This document shows, piece by piece, positions 33,379 to 50,177 of a DNA stretch of 50,177 bases (positions are counted from its first letter, which is position 1; every line of letters starts with the position of its first letter). The notes beneath the pieces are model-generated. The model worked only from the letters and a program-made list of their open reading frames with translations. It made no database searches and was not told the DNA's origin. The translations under genes were made by a program, and so were the position numbers. Origin of the DNA: Macrostomum lignano (lineage: Eukaryota); assembly GCA_002269645.1 (NCBI GenBank), contig NIVC01000033.1:1-50177 (forward strand), given 5' to 3'.

Positions 33379-36300
33379 GCTGGGGACCCATCCTGTGACT
33401 TCGGCCGAATTTGGGCATGGGGGTCTGGCTTGCCAGCCTGCAGGCCGTGGTACTGCTTAACGTACCCTCTAATGCCTAAGGTGTTTGACCGTGCCGATGG
33501 GCTGGAAGGCCGGGGATAGTCCGGTCGCTAGCGGTCCCTTTTTCAAACCGGCTGGCTTGAGGTGTCGGCCAGTCGAGTACTCAACTCGCATAACGAGTAG
33601 CCCTCCCCCGCTTTTCAGCTATGGCTGAAAATACGCCAATTTTACCAATGAAACTGACCCGGTCGCCACTGGCCCACCGGGATCAGCCGCTCCGGTAGCT
33701 GCCACTAGTAGCTCCAACGTCCAACCTGGTCCAACCGGGCCAGCTAACGCTGCCACCGAGCACCCTGGCCGCCAGTCTAGCCGACCGCGCACGGCCGAGT
33801 CCCGACGGCAGCGAAACATCCGCCGCAACCATAAGAAGCGGGCTGCTGTTGCGTCCGCGGAGGGCGGGCAAGCCGCGGTAAGGCCTTCGAGAGCCACCGC
33901 GGTGGGGAAGCCCTCTGGGGAGTCCTGTGGCGCGGCTGGGCCGTCAGGAACCGCCGTGTCCTCGGACTCTCAGTGGGGCAACCCTGCCGGCCTACCGCCT
34001 TACAAGGACAAAGCGGCTCCGCTCAAGAACTCCGAGTCCTACGCCTCCAGGGTCAAGCAGCCGCTGCAACCCGCCGTGATGATCCTCGGCGGGGATTTCG
34101 ACCTGACGCCCCAGCAGCTCGAGGTCGCGTGGCGTACCATCGACGAGGGCCTACTCAAACTAACCCTTGAGGGCGTCTTCGTGGACATCGTCAAGTCCAC
34201 CAAGGTGAACGGGTGCATCCTTCTGTGGTGCAAATCCGAGGAGAGCACCCAGCTCCTGCGGGATCAGCTGCCCAAGTTCGAATGGCACAGCGACCTGGGC
34301 CAGCTGACCTTCGCCCTGGAGAGCGAGCGGCCGAAGACCATCCGCCATCGGATTTGGGTCCCGGCCAACAGTGCGATCAAGTCCGGGGAGCAGCTGCGGC
34401 AGCTCCTGCTCAAGCGGCACCCGGATCTTGACGCCAGTGGTCTTGTGTACCACAACACGGTCCGTGTCCAGTTCTATTAACGCGTGGCTCAGATCGGACC
34501 TGTCCACCAGGGACATCTGCGTCATCCAATCTCAAGACATCCTCCCTGGGAGGACTACCCTCATTGCCTCGGTTTACCTACCGAGCGACGGCGAGATGAT
34601 CCCAGGCTTGTCACACTGGTCGAGCTCTGCACCACCAGAAATTATGAGCTGCTTGTGGCAGGCGATATCAACGCCCACCACACCCACTGGGGCAGTTCTG
34701 ATATTAACCAGAGAGGTGAAGACTTCCTGGCTTATATAACTACTACAACCCTTGAGTTCTGTAACTCGGGTAGTACCCCTACCTTCAATAACGGACGCCG
34801 ATCGGAGGTGCTGGATGCCACCCTCGCCACACCCAGGCTCTTCCAGAGCACTAGGGAGTGGCGGGTGCTTCTTGAGGCGACCCTCTCCGATCACAAGTTC
34901 ATCTCTTTCACGCTGGCCAGCGCTCGAAACGCAGGCCAGCTTTGCTGGAAACGGAATGCTAGGAATACCGATTGGACCGCCTTCAGGCTTGCCGTGGAGG
35001 AGACCTATCGTTGCACTAGCACTCCAGTCTCCATCAAAACCTGCGAGGAAGCAGATGAATCTGTGGCCGTACTTACGGACTCGCTCACTGCTGCCTGCGA
35101 AGCCTCATGCCCACTAAAGGCATATAAAGGCAAACAGTCGGCCCCATGGTGGAAGCCGCAGCTTGGCGACCTCCGTCGCAGAGCCAAAAGGCTTCACCGT
35201 AGGGCCCATAAAACTAAAAACCCGGCCGACCAAACCGCCTACCTGAACTCCATCCACGAGTTCAAGAGGCAGGTTAGGAACGCCAAAACCAACAAGTGGC
35301 GCGAATACTGTGAGGAACTTGAGGGCTCCCGCCCCACCTCCAGAATCGTTAAAGCCCTCACTCTGGACAAAATGTCCAAACTCTCCTCAGTAAAGAGAGC
35401 CAACGGCTCGCTCACTGAGAACCCAGGAGAAACGCTGGAGGCGATGCTAACAGCGTTTTTCCCGAACGAGCCAGCCAGGCCCGACCCCCCTGATCACTCA
35501 GTGGGCGGACACGTACTGGCTGACTCAATCATCACGGAGGACCACGTTACTAAAGCAGTCTCCTCCTTCAAACCCTTCAAATCCCCAGGACCGGACGGCG
35601 TTGTGCCAGCGTTCCTGCGAGAGGCGGTGAAATGCACCGGTTTCCTGCGGAACCTTTGCCGGCTTCTGAAAGTTTGCATTGTTCTCGGCTTTGTTCCGAA
35701 ACCCTGGACCGAGGCAAAGGTGGTTTTTATCCCCAAGGCCGGCCGACTGGACTACCGGTCCATTAAATCTTTCAGACCAATTAGCCTCACCTCCACACTG
35801 GTAAACCTGTTGGAAAGACTGGTGCTTTGGCGCCTCCTCTCTGTGGAACTGAAGAACACGCCGCTCAGTGAGAACCAGCACGCCTTCCGGGCAGGCAGGT
35901 CCACGGAGAGCGCGCTTCACGTTTTGGTTGACATGCTGGAGAAAGCCGTTCTTGGTAATGGCTACGCTCTCGCTGTCTTCCTCGACATTGTTGGAGCCTT
36001 CGATAATGTCCTCTTTAAGGCTTTTCACAGAGCTCTACGTGCTAGAGGAACCCACTCGCACCTCACCTGGTGGATCATGTATATGATCAACCACCGTACT
36101 GCCATCGCACACCTGTTGGGCCACCAACGGACGGTAACTGCAGCAAAGGCAGCCCCCAGGGCGGTGTCCTCTCTCCAGTTCTCTGGAACATGGTGATCGA
36201 TGAGCTCCTCTAGGACAGCCATCTTGACCCCATCCTTACGGTCGGTTATGCCGATGATGTCAGCCGTGGCATCCGGACCGTCACCTGAAACCCTTAGGGA

Positions 36301-37999
36301 TCTTCTGCAAAACTTTATTCGCTCTGCTGAACAATGGGCGGACAGGTGCGGTCTCAGGCTCACCGAGACCAAAACTGTCGCGATCATGTTCACCAGCAGG
36401 GTTAATTGGCGCATTCGCCCACTGAAGCTTTACGGGGTGGAAACCCCATCCTGAAGCAAACCAAGTGTCTCGGCGTTACGCTGGACCACCGGCTGAGCTG
36501 GTTCACCCACGTTTAGGCCAAAACCAAAAAAGCCCTCGCGATTCTTGCGCAGCTGCGCAGAGCCGTTGGCACCACCTGGGGCCTCACCCCAAAGCGGCTC
36601 TGATGAATCTATACCGCAATGTTCCGCCCGGCCGTCACTTACGCCGGCCTGGTCTGGACCAGCGCCTTGCAGATTAAAACCTGCCACGAAGCCCTTAAAA
36701 AGGTGCAGGGACGCGCGTGCCGCATTATCTTGAATGCCCCGCTCTCTGCTCCCTTTGTCGGCCTAAAACCACCCGCCGGCTCATCGAGGCTGGCGTTAGC
36801 TTCAAGCCACAAAGAGCGATGGCGAAGCGCAAGCTCCTGCCGCACTCTGACCTGTGCCTTAAAGTTCTGGAGGAGAGTGGGAGTGCGGCTGTCATTTCGG
36901 ACGCTGTGCCGCGCTCCCTCAATCTCTACCAACGCTTCAAGGTCACAATCCCCTCTAGGGAGAACGCCAACGACAGCTGGCCCCTCAGGAGGTTTACTGC
37001 TTTACTGACGGATCCTCCAAAGACGGTTTATCCGGCTTTGGAGTCTGCATCCTTATCAATGGCCGCGTGATCGTCACTCACGCCCAACACACTGGTAGAC
37101 TCTCCAGCGTCTTCCAGAACGAAGTCCTTGCCATCAGCTCCTGTGCAGCTGAGCTCCACTGCAGGGACTTCAAAGACAGAAGAATCTTCTTCCACTCTGA
37201 CAGCCAGGCCGCTTTGCAGGCCGTGTCACACCAATACGAACTCCCGAACAGTCCGCGACTGTATCGGGCAGCTCAACAAGCTGGCTCGGAGGAACAACGT
37301 CCGGCTTACGTGGATCCCAGGACACGCCGGCTTCAAAGGTAACGAGCTCGCCGACTCCCTCGCTAAGGCGGGTTGTTCCGGATCGCTCCTTGGCCCCGTG
37401 CCCCTGGCCCCCATCCCCGCCACAGTCATTAACCGTCAGATTAACGACTGGGCGGACATCCTGCACTTGCACAGATGGGATGGTATTTCCAACTGCCGCC
37501 AATCCCGTGCAATCCCGTCCCGCCCAATCCGCCCCTCAAGCTGCGGAGAATCCTTTTAATCCAAAATCGAAAAGATATCCGCGCTCTCAATATGACCTTC
37601 ACAGGTCACGGTTGCTTTGCCAGGCACTGTTTCCTCCGAAGTGTTCGCCGGAGCGAACTCTGCCCTTTCTGCAACCTCGAGAGCGAAGACGCCAAGCACT
37701 TCGTCTGCTACTGCCCGGCCTTCAACGGAGACCGGCTCAACCACCTCAGGCCCAACCCGTCCCTGGACGACGCTTGCCGGCCCGAGAACATCCCACGGCT
37801 CATCCGGTTCCTCCGGGCCACCAAGCGAGCCTCCGTCTTCCCCACCGAAGACAACGCTGCTGACAGGACCGGCAGACCTCTCTGACCGGCCCCGCGCCCT
37901 AGCCTATGCGGGCCTTTCTGGGATTAGCGGAATGGGCGACGCTCGCCTCCCCGCTGCGTCTTCGGAACGCCCTGCAGCTAAGTCAAAGTAAGTCAAAGT
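33128..37999 (+). mobile_element. LOA-clade LINE 'E1' (APE-RT-RNase H), 5'-complete but internally deleted and frameshifted; nested in E0
   Basis: 13-bp TSD tccctgggttatc (33115-33127) / tccctggattatc (38000-38012). ORF1 frame open 33629-34480 (ATG 33621 is 1 nt off; DUF4780-like by pattern). A deletion near 34470 fuses ORF1 to the endonuclease (GDINAHH, SDH). RT QHAFR and YADD (36247-36258); RNase H FTDGS...DSQAAL...WIPGH...GNELAD; stop 37883-37885; tail ctaagtcaaagtaagtcaaagt. Confidence 0.92.
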
Positions 38000-38012
38000 T
38001 CCCTGGATTATC

Positions 38013-38880
38013 TGTCGACGTGCCGTCGGTGCGTTTAACCGAGGAAAGCTTAGACAGTTTGTCCAGCGTAAGCGCTTTCACAATTCTGAAGGTGGGGCGT
38101 GAGCTCTCTAGCTCCGTGCAGTATTGACGCCATTTCTGAGCTTTCGCGTTCCTAACCTGCCTTTTAAACTTATGAATTGCTTCATGATAGGCGGTTTGGT
38201 CCTATGGGCTCTTGGTTTTAGTTGCTCTGTGGTGGAGTCTCTTAGCTCTGCGACGGAGGTTGCCGAGCTCGGGATTCCACCATGGCGCAAATGTTTGTCC
38301 TTTATAGGCTTTTAAATGGCAGGATGTCTCAAAGGCGGCGGTTAGCGTTTCTTTCAGCACAGTGGTGCACTCATCCGATTCTTGGCATGACGTGATCGTT
38401 GATAGTTGGCAGGAAAACCGATGGAACTCCCTTAGGGCGAGCCCGACGGTTTCCCAATCAGTGTTTCTGGCTTTCCGTCTCCACGTAACGCGATTTGCGC
38501 TGCGCGTGGCCATCAGGTTAAAGGAAATGAACTTGTGACGAAGGGGGATGATGCCGAAAGCACCCGCAACGCCATAGTGCTTTGACAGTGGCATCGATCA
38601 CTTCCGACCACCGTCCGTTGTCAAAAGTAGGGGTGGACCCAGAGTTACAGAACTCGAAGGTCGTGGCGGCAACGAAGGCTAACAGTTCTTTGCCTTTTTG
38701 ATTAATCCCTTGCGTGTCTCGGTGCCGTCACTACCAGCCCCTCCGCCTTGTTGGTCAGGTCGATGCAGGTGACATCAGCCTTCTGGTGAGTGATAGCCTC
38801 GAATAAGTCAGTCAGCACCTCCCCTGGCCCTCTGGCTGTTGGAGAGGAGCGCGAGAAGTGCGGACCCGCCCAAGATGCGC
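38013..38880 (-). mobile_element. Old LOA-clade LINE 'E0', 5' part (ORF1 scrap, endonuclease end, linker)
   Basis: FEFCNSGSTPTFDNGRWSEVIDAT, APWWNPELGNLRRRAKRL and IVKALTLDKLSKLSSVKRTDGTSTDNPG, which joins DTLDVMLSAFF on the other side of E1. Confidence 0.85.
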
Positions 38881-39503
38881 TAAGAGTTGAGCTGTAGAGA
38901 GAGCTTTCCTTATCTGGCCTTCATTCTCTGGTCTTGGGACGCAGGCAGTTTGCAGCTTGCCATTCAGAGCGGGGCTTTGGCTCCTTGGGGTCTCAAAAGT
39001 TTGCTTCACTCCCTTCCCTACCTTTACCAACCCCGCCATCCAGCTTTTCTGCGCCATGAACCATTGGCATATGCAAAAGCCCCCGGCCCGACTTTCCAAG
39101 CCCCGGCTGTCGACACCAACACCCCGCATTCCCCTTGCTCCACTCTGCCCCAGTGTCCCAGCAACAATACAGCCAGAGTTTGTCTCAAAACTTAACCCCC
39201 ACAAGTCCATAAAGACGCTTTGGATCTTTTTGGCAATTCCTTTTGGGAAGCCAGAGTTAAAAAACAAAATTGAAAAAACGGCTAAAACAATGATGAGCTC
39301 AAGCTTGAAATGCAGGCCTAACCGTCAGCGTTGCTGATTGGCTGATTGTCTCGCATTGCTGCTGTTTGAAACGCTGCTAAAACTCAAATAGCTGCATCCT
39401 GCCAGAACACAGGAGGAGCCACAGCCTCTCTAAGCCAAAAGAGAAAAAAATCTTTTGAGACGAGAGGGTTAATTTTTCAACTTTTTTTCAACTACAAGCG
39501 GGC

Positions 39504-42208
39504 ATGCGGTTGAAGACTGCGCTGTTCTCTGCATTGCTGAGCACCCTGCTGCTGCAGCTGCTGCCACCAGCGTTGATGCAGAGCGTGCACGAATCCAGCT
39601 GCGCTGACTTGCTGTTCTCCAAGATTTACGACGCTCATCTCTCGATGATTCCTCCGCCTAAAGTGAACGGTACATTTAATGTCACCTTTGACATGGCCAT
39701 CGCGCAGCTACTGGAGCTCGTGAGTTCACTGACTCTGATTGCTATTCTGCCGCTTCGCTATACGACCGACTTCTTTCCTTTTGTCAAGTGTAAAAAAGCA
39801 ATGCTCATTTCTTTCCTCGAGTTGGCACTGCGGGCAGTTTTCCAAACAGAACTTTTAGAATGCATAAATGAAGCTTATAATCAACATTGACTGCGAAGAC
39901 CAAAGCGTTTCCACCCACTAGGGCCGTCGTCAGGGTATATTTTATCGATGAAACACAAAAAAACTAAATATATAACCTATATTGTATAATCAAATGCGTC
40001 AAATCAAAAAGGGGGAGGAACGAGCGTTCTAAAGAGAATGAAAGTGAAAGTGAACGAGAAATATAGAAATAAGAGAAAGCACGAAGGGGGTAAGTATAAA
40101 ATGTACGCACAAAAAACTGGTCCACCTCAGAAAACCCTAAAAAGGTGACCCGCACCGCTATGCAACAGCTGAGGCTACAGTTAGTTGATCAAGTCGAGCC
40201 AAATCAGTCCAAAACGTGAGGATTTCCTTTGCAGCTTTGACGTGAAGTCGATTTTTACCATTGTCCGTTTGCAGCTGTCTATTGATCTCGCCACTGATCA
40301 TGTGTACAATCTTAATCCCCTTAGACGCTGTCCAAGAAGTCGTTAGGCTTTGCTACCTCCGGCATCTTCCTGTTTGATCGCCAGATAGATTACTGAGCCA
40401 TGGGAAGCCCACTTGCTCCTACTCTTACCAATGTTTGCATGGCGCACTAGGAAACAGAGTGGATGTTCCTCTTGACTTCCTACTCTGTCCCTTCTAACCT
40501 GTTGAAAAATAAACTAGAGAGATCTTTTCGGAACTGGCGCAACCCTACGATTAGGACTGTTTTTCACAACTGTCAAGGTTTGTCAATTTGTCGGCAAACC
40601 AAGACCCGTGTTCCTCGTTCTCTGGCGGCAGGTGTCGTGTACAAATTTTGTTGTTCTGATGATCAGAATGTCTCGTATGTGGGAAAAACCAAAAGACACC
40701 TGCACACTAGAGTTAGGGAGCATTGGTTGAAGAAGTCTGCTATTCAGGACCAGCTAATGGAATGCAAGAGCCGCCTTGACAGAGAACCAATTAAGCCTTT
40801 TTAAAAATATTGACCGTTCCAATTCGGAGTACAAACTTTGGCATTCTGAAATCGTTGCACAATACCCCAGCCTCAACGTTCAGCCGTTGCATAGTGGTGC
40901 GGGCCACCTTAGTGTACTTAGTTCTTTTGTGCGTACATTATATATTTCCATCCTTCGTGCTCTTACTTTTCATTTCTGGCTCACTTTCTACCCCGCGCGT
41001 TTTTAATGCTCTTTCGTTCATCCCCCTTTTTGATTTGATACCTTGGATTATACAATCGTTATATATTGAGCTTTTTTGTGTTTCATCGATAAATGTACCG
41101 TGACGACGACCCCAGTGGGTTGAAACGCGTTGGTCTTCGCAGTCAATGCTGATTTTAACCTTAATTTGTTTATTATTGATTAAGCCAGCAACTGTACCAT
41201 GTTTTAGAATGCAGGACCGGATGCGCCTGTCTGCGATCTTGAAGCGTCCAAGTACTTTTTAAAGAATAAAGGATTGCATCTTTCCTACAAAATATTAACC
41301 TCGTGAAACATTATTAGCTATTTGTATCCTGACTATTACCTACTTTTATTTAAATTGCGCAATGTAAAGAATATCAAAGGTTTTTCCTGTTGGAAAGCAT
41401 TGAAGATTCAACTAATACATGCTATCATTAATTACGGACAGCTCATAGCTACAGGTTTAATCCTTCAATTTCTTCAGCACGAACTCAAGCAGACAGTCTC
41501 CATGCTCACCTGGAGGAGAATGGTGAGTGTGCTTAGTTCTTTAAAAAAATATTTCCTGATTACGCCTCTACTCAAGTTGCATTGATGCTGCAGTCCTGGT
41601 ACGACACCAGACTATCATGGCGGGGTCGCGTCTTCGATGGCAACCTGAGCTTCAACTCTATCAGCAGCATTAAAATTTCAAACAGCCAGATCTGGAAGCC
41701 GGACTTGGTCGTGTACAATGAGTGAGCCGAAATGCTTGTTTGATCTTCCATTTAGAATTGCCAAGTAAGTTGCGAAAGCCGCGTCGCCTACTGATTGCGG
41801 CCAAGCCTGCTCTGAAAGCTGATAGCGTCAATCAAAACTAATGAAATCACCAAACCGTCCACCCTCCGCAGTGTGAGGAAAACGGAGCTCGACTGGTCCC
41901 TCTACTACGCTTCGATTCAATCTGACGGCCTCGTTCGACTCAACACCCCCCAGCTGATGAAGCTGTCCTGCCCAATCAATGTCCAACTGTTTCCTTATGA
42001 TAAGCAGGTGTGCAGGATGAAGATCGGCAGCTGGACAATGGATGGTTTTGAGCTCAACTTGTTAAATTCGAGCACGCACGCTGATCTGTCATCTTTGACG
42101 GAGCACAACGAGTTCTGCCTCGTCAAGGCGCCGCTTGAACGACACTTGATAAAGTACGCGTGCTGCGCTGCTCCTTACCCGGACATTACGTACAGCATTT
42201 TGCTGCAG
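39504..42208 (+). CDS. Gene C: alpha-type nicotinic receptor-like subunit, recent duplicate of gene B; partial join(39504..39719,41478..41522,41594..41721,41872..42208); TM exons expected beyond the window
   Basis: Exon sizes identical to gene B (216,45,128,337); open frame; GT-AG sites intact; YACCAAPY. Intron 4 is collinear with intron 4 of B up to the window end. Confidence 0.88.
39899..39936 (-). ncRNA. Degenerate minimal hammerhead ribozyme motif (Penelope type)
   Basis: Minus strand acc-CUGACGA-c-ggccc(uagu)gggug-GAAA-cgcuuu-ggu: core intact, stems II and III mismatched. Confidence 0.55.
41097..41134 (+). ncRNA. Degenerate minimal hammerhead ribozyme motif (Penelope type), C3 mutated to G
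   Basis: acc-GUGACGA-c-gaccc(cagu)ggguu-GAAA-cgcg-uu-ggu: palindromic ACGCGU stem III, GUU triplet, 3-bp stem I. Confidence 0.55.
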
Positions 42209-43055
42209 GTAAATGCGGCTTGTCAACCGGGCACTTTTTGGAGCTGTTCGGTGCACTTTCGATGCCAGGGCTTGAGCGTATCAGAGCTTACATGTAGCTC
42301 GCGTGTGCGATTTGTTGGCTAAAATGAGGACATGAGAGCCTGTCGGAACTTTTCGTGGTTTCGTATTATAAATTTTGACCATTGACGCTCCCAAAAGGAA
42401 TTGAAAACATCATGCCATAATGTGTTTATTATGGTTCATTCATACGCTGACTCTATGGAAAGCAAACAAGAAAAAAATACCAGCTTGGATATGGAGAAAA
42501 GGCGCCCAAACTTTCCGATAAAGAAGTTGAAGTACTTTTAAATTTAGTACGGGACAGACCTATTTTGAGAGCCAAGCATAGGGATGCTGATACAAACATT
42601 CAGAAAAAAACGGTGAAATAGACGCTAATTCTGAAGCTAGACCTTTGGAAAACAACCCAAGTGACCTAAATATATGATTTACGGACACAGTTTTGTACCA
42701 TGAATACACTGAGCAAGACAAAAGCGTCCACCTTTTTCTTGGGAGAATTTTGTCGCAGTTTAGTGGCAAATCGGAGACTCTCCGGGCCATAGACATTTGT
42801 TCTGATGTGCGACTCAGTTACGTATTGCTCAATCCACAGTTAAGATAGACAGTTCTGGGAAAACTAATGACAACAGGATATGAGAACAGGGAACTAAATG
42901 CTGTGAAGTGGCATCGATCATACCAATAGCAGCAAGCGTTCTCCGTCAGTCATTTGTCGAACCATTGCGCCAACAGATAAATGGACTGTTTTAAAATCGC
43001 TTCTGCCTCTGCCTATTGTCCATGTTTGTTCTCAGCAAGCGTCCCACGTTTTATC

Positions 43056-43259
43056 CAACCATAGACGAATTTTGTCTATGGTTGCCATCGAATATATAGA
43101 CGAATTTTGTCTATGGTTGCTATCGAATATATAAACAAATTTTGTCTATGGTTGCCATCGAATATATAGACGAATTTTGTCTATGGTTGCCATCGAATAT
43201 ATAAACAAATTTTGTCTATGGTTGCCATCGAATATATAGACGAATTTTGTCTATGGTTG
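43056..43259. repeat. 35-bp minisatellite (aatatatagacgaattttgtctatggttgccatcg), about 6 units, starting with an 11-bp inverted repeat
   Basis: Units read directly; the first unit is caaccatagac-gaatttt-gtctatggttg. Confidence 0.9.
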
Positions 43260-44046
43260 AACTGCCTGTTGGATCGATTTGCCACTCAACTAAAAGGCGA
43301 AATCTCCCGAGAAAAGTGTGGAAAATTTTGTCTGTTGCTTAGTATTTGTGTCCAAAACAGCTTCCCATAGGTGGGAACTATGCTTAATCCTAGCTAAGAC
43401 ATCAATCTAAGTTTCAATCTAAGTTGGATCTCCAACTTTGCTTTATGACACAGCCCCCTTCAGCATCTCAAGCTGTCAGAGTAAGGCTAGAAAAAAGCCT
43501 AATCGTAGCTAACAAAGTTTTCAAGAAACACTCTCTTTAAAATCTCCAACTGTTAGAGAATATGATGCTTAAAAGGCCCTTGAGCTTCGACAGCATGTTT
43601 ACCTTTGTCTTTTTTCATAAGTCAGAGAGCAATGCAAATTCTCTCAGTGATGGCCTAACCTGGAATCCATCTGACAAGCTTATCCCTGGAAACCGATTTC
43701 TAGAATTTGATTGTGCATATATAGGCTGTAGCCCTATACATAAACGGTTGCTGGAAAAGCAAACGAGCTGCTTGTAAGGTTGCAAGGAATTGCGATAAAA
43801 GATTGGGATTGATTAGCGACTATTACAGCATTTTCTATAGTCACTCCATTGCTCAGGCTATAAGCACGTGAAGGGAACCTGCTCATAAATGCTTTTTTAA
43901 TTCTTTGCATGCAGTTTTCGTGGTTAGGGGTTGGCGTTTTGGCAGTGGCAGAGAGCTAGCAGGAAAATGCGGGATTAAATGATTCTTTGAGTGACTGTAG
44001 ATTGATGCCAATAAAAATTGTACAGCTTTGTGTTGGAGGCCAGCAC

Positions 44047-49914
<5,868 letters not shown>

Positions 49915-50177
49915 TGGAGGCCAGCACAAAAGCTGCAGTTGCTGACCGACACAGAAGCAGAAAATGTATCCCTAATAGAAATTAAAGACTTTTAGGCTGA
50001 TTGTTGCGATAATTTTAGCTCAGGTGTCTACAGACTGGCGCTCATAAATCATATTGAAAATATTCTGCCACTTTGAATCTACTACCAGCGTATTAAATAC
50101 TTTGTCTACTCTGCTAATCTCATCACAGGTATTAACTGGGCATGCACTGCTCCGCTAATTGCCTGTGGTCTTCACTT

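Larger units (their letters stand above)
39879..41154 (+). mobile_element. Penelope-like element relic (RT scrap plus GIY-YIG endonuclease) between inverted terminal repeats, intron 1 of gene C
   Basis: SFDVKS (40233) and AMGSPLAP (40397) RT motifs; GVVYKFCC...SYVGKTKRHLHTRVREH GIY-YIG (40631+); about 39879-40175 is an inverted, diverged copy of about 40870-41154. Absent from intron 1 of gene B. Confidence 0.85.

Overview
Intron-containing animal genomic DNA, not prokaryotic. The GT-AG introns, CAG runs and TE spectrum resemble a free-living flatworm such as Macrostomum, but that is inference only. The backbone is a + strand tandem cluster of divergent alpha-type nicotinic-receptor-like (Cys-loop) subunit genes: complete gene A (4165-9108, 7 exons), complete gene B (20254-29199, 7 exons), gene C (39504-42208, exons 1-4 in the window), and a collapsed relic of a fourth copy (about 11355-11981). 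A two-exon ZNF608/ZNF609/brakeless-like gene lacking its zinc finger lies at 1410-2654. Most of the rest is transposon DNA: a Ngaro/DIRS-type element with no tyrosine recombinase, ending in a 26-bp higher-order minisatellite; a non-autonomous THAP/P-like DNA transposon with an 8-bp TSD; three LOA-clade LINEs (one nested in another, one full-length in an intron of gene C); a Penelope-like relic with inverted terminal repeats; two tRNA-SINE families; MITEs; and several minisatellites. The main hunt results are: (1) both LINEs with intact 5' ends fold into an HDV-like ribozyme whose predicted cleavage G is the first base after the 13-bp TSD; (2) two degenerate minimal hammerhead motifs sit in the Penelope repeats; (3) all three receptor copies have a loop-D arginine at the glycine-receptor carboxylate-binding position; (4) the pore exon of genes A and B looks homogenised by gene conversion. 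All alignments, folds and counts were done by eye.
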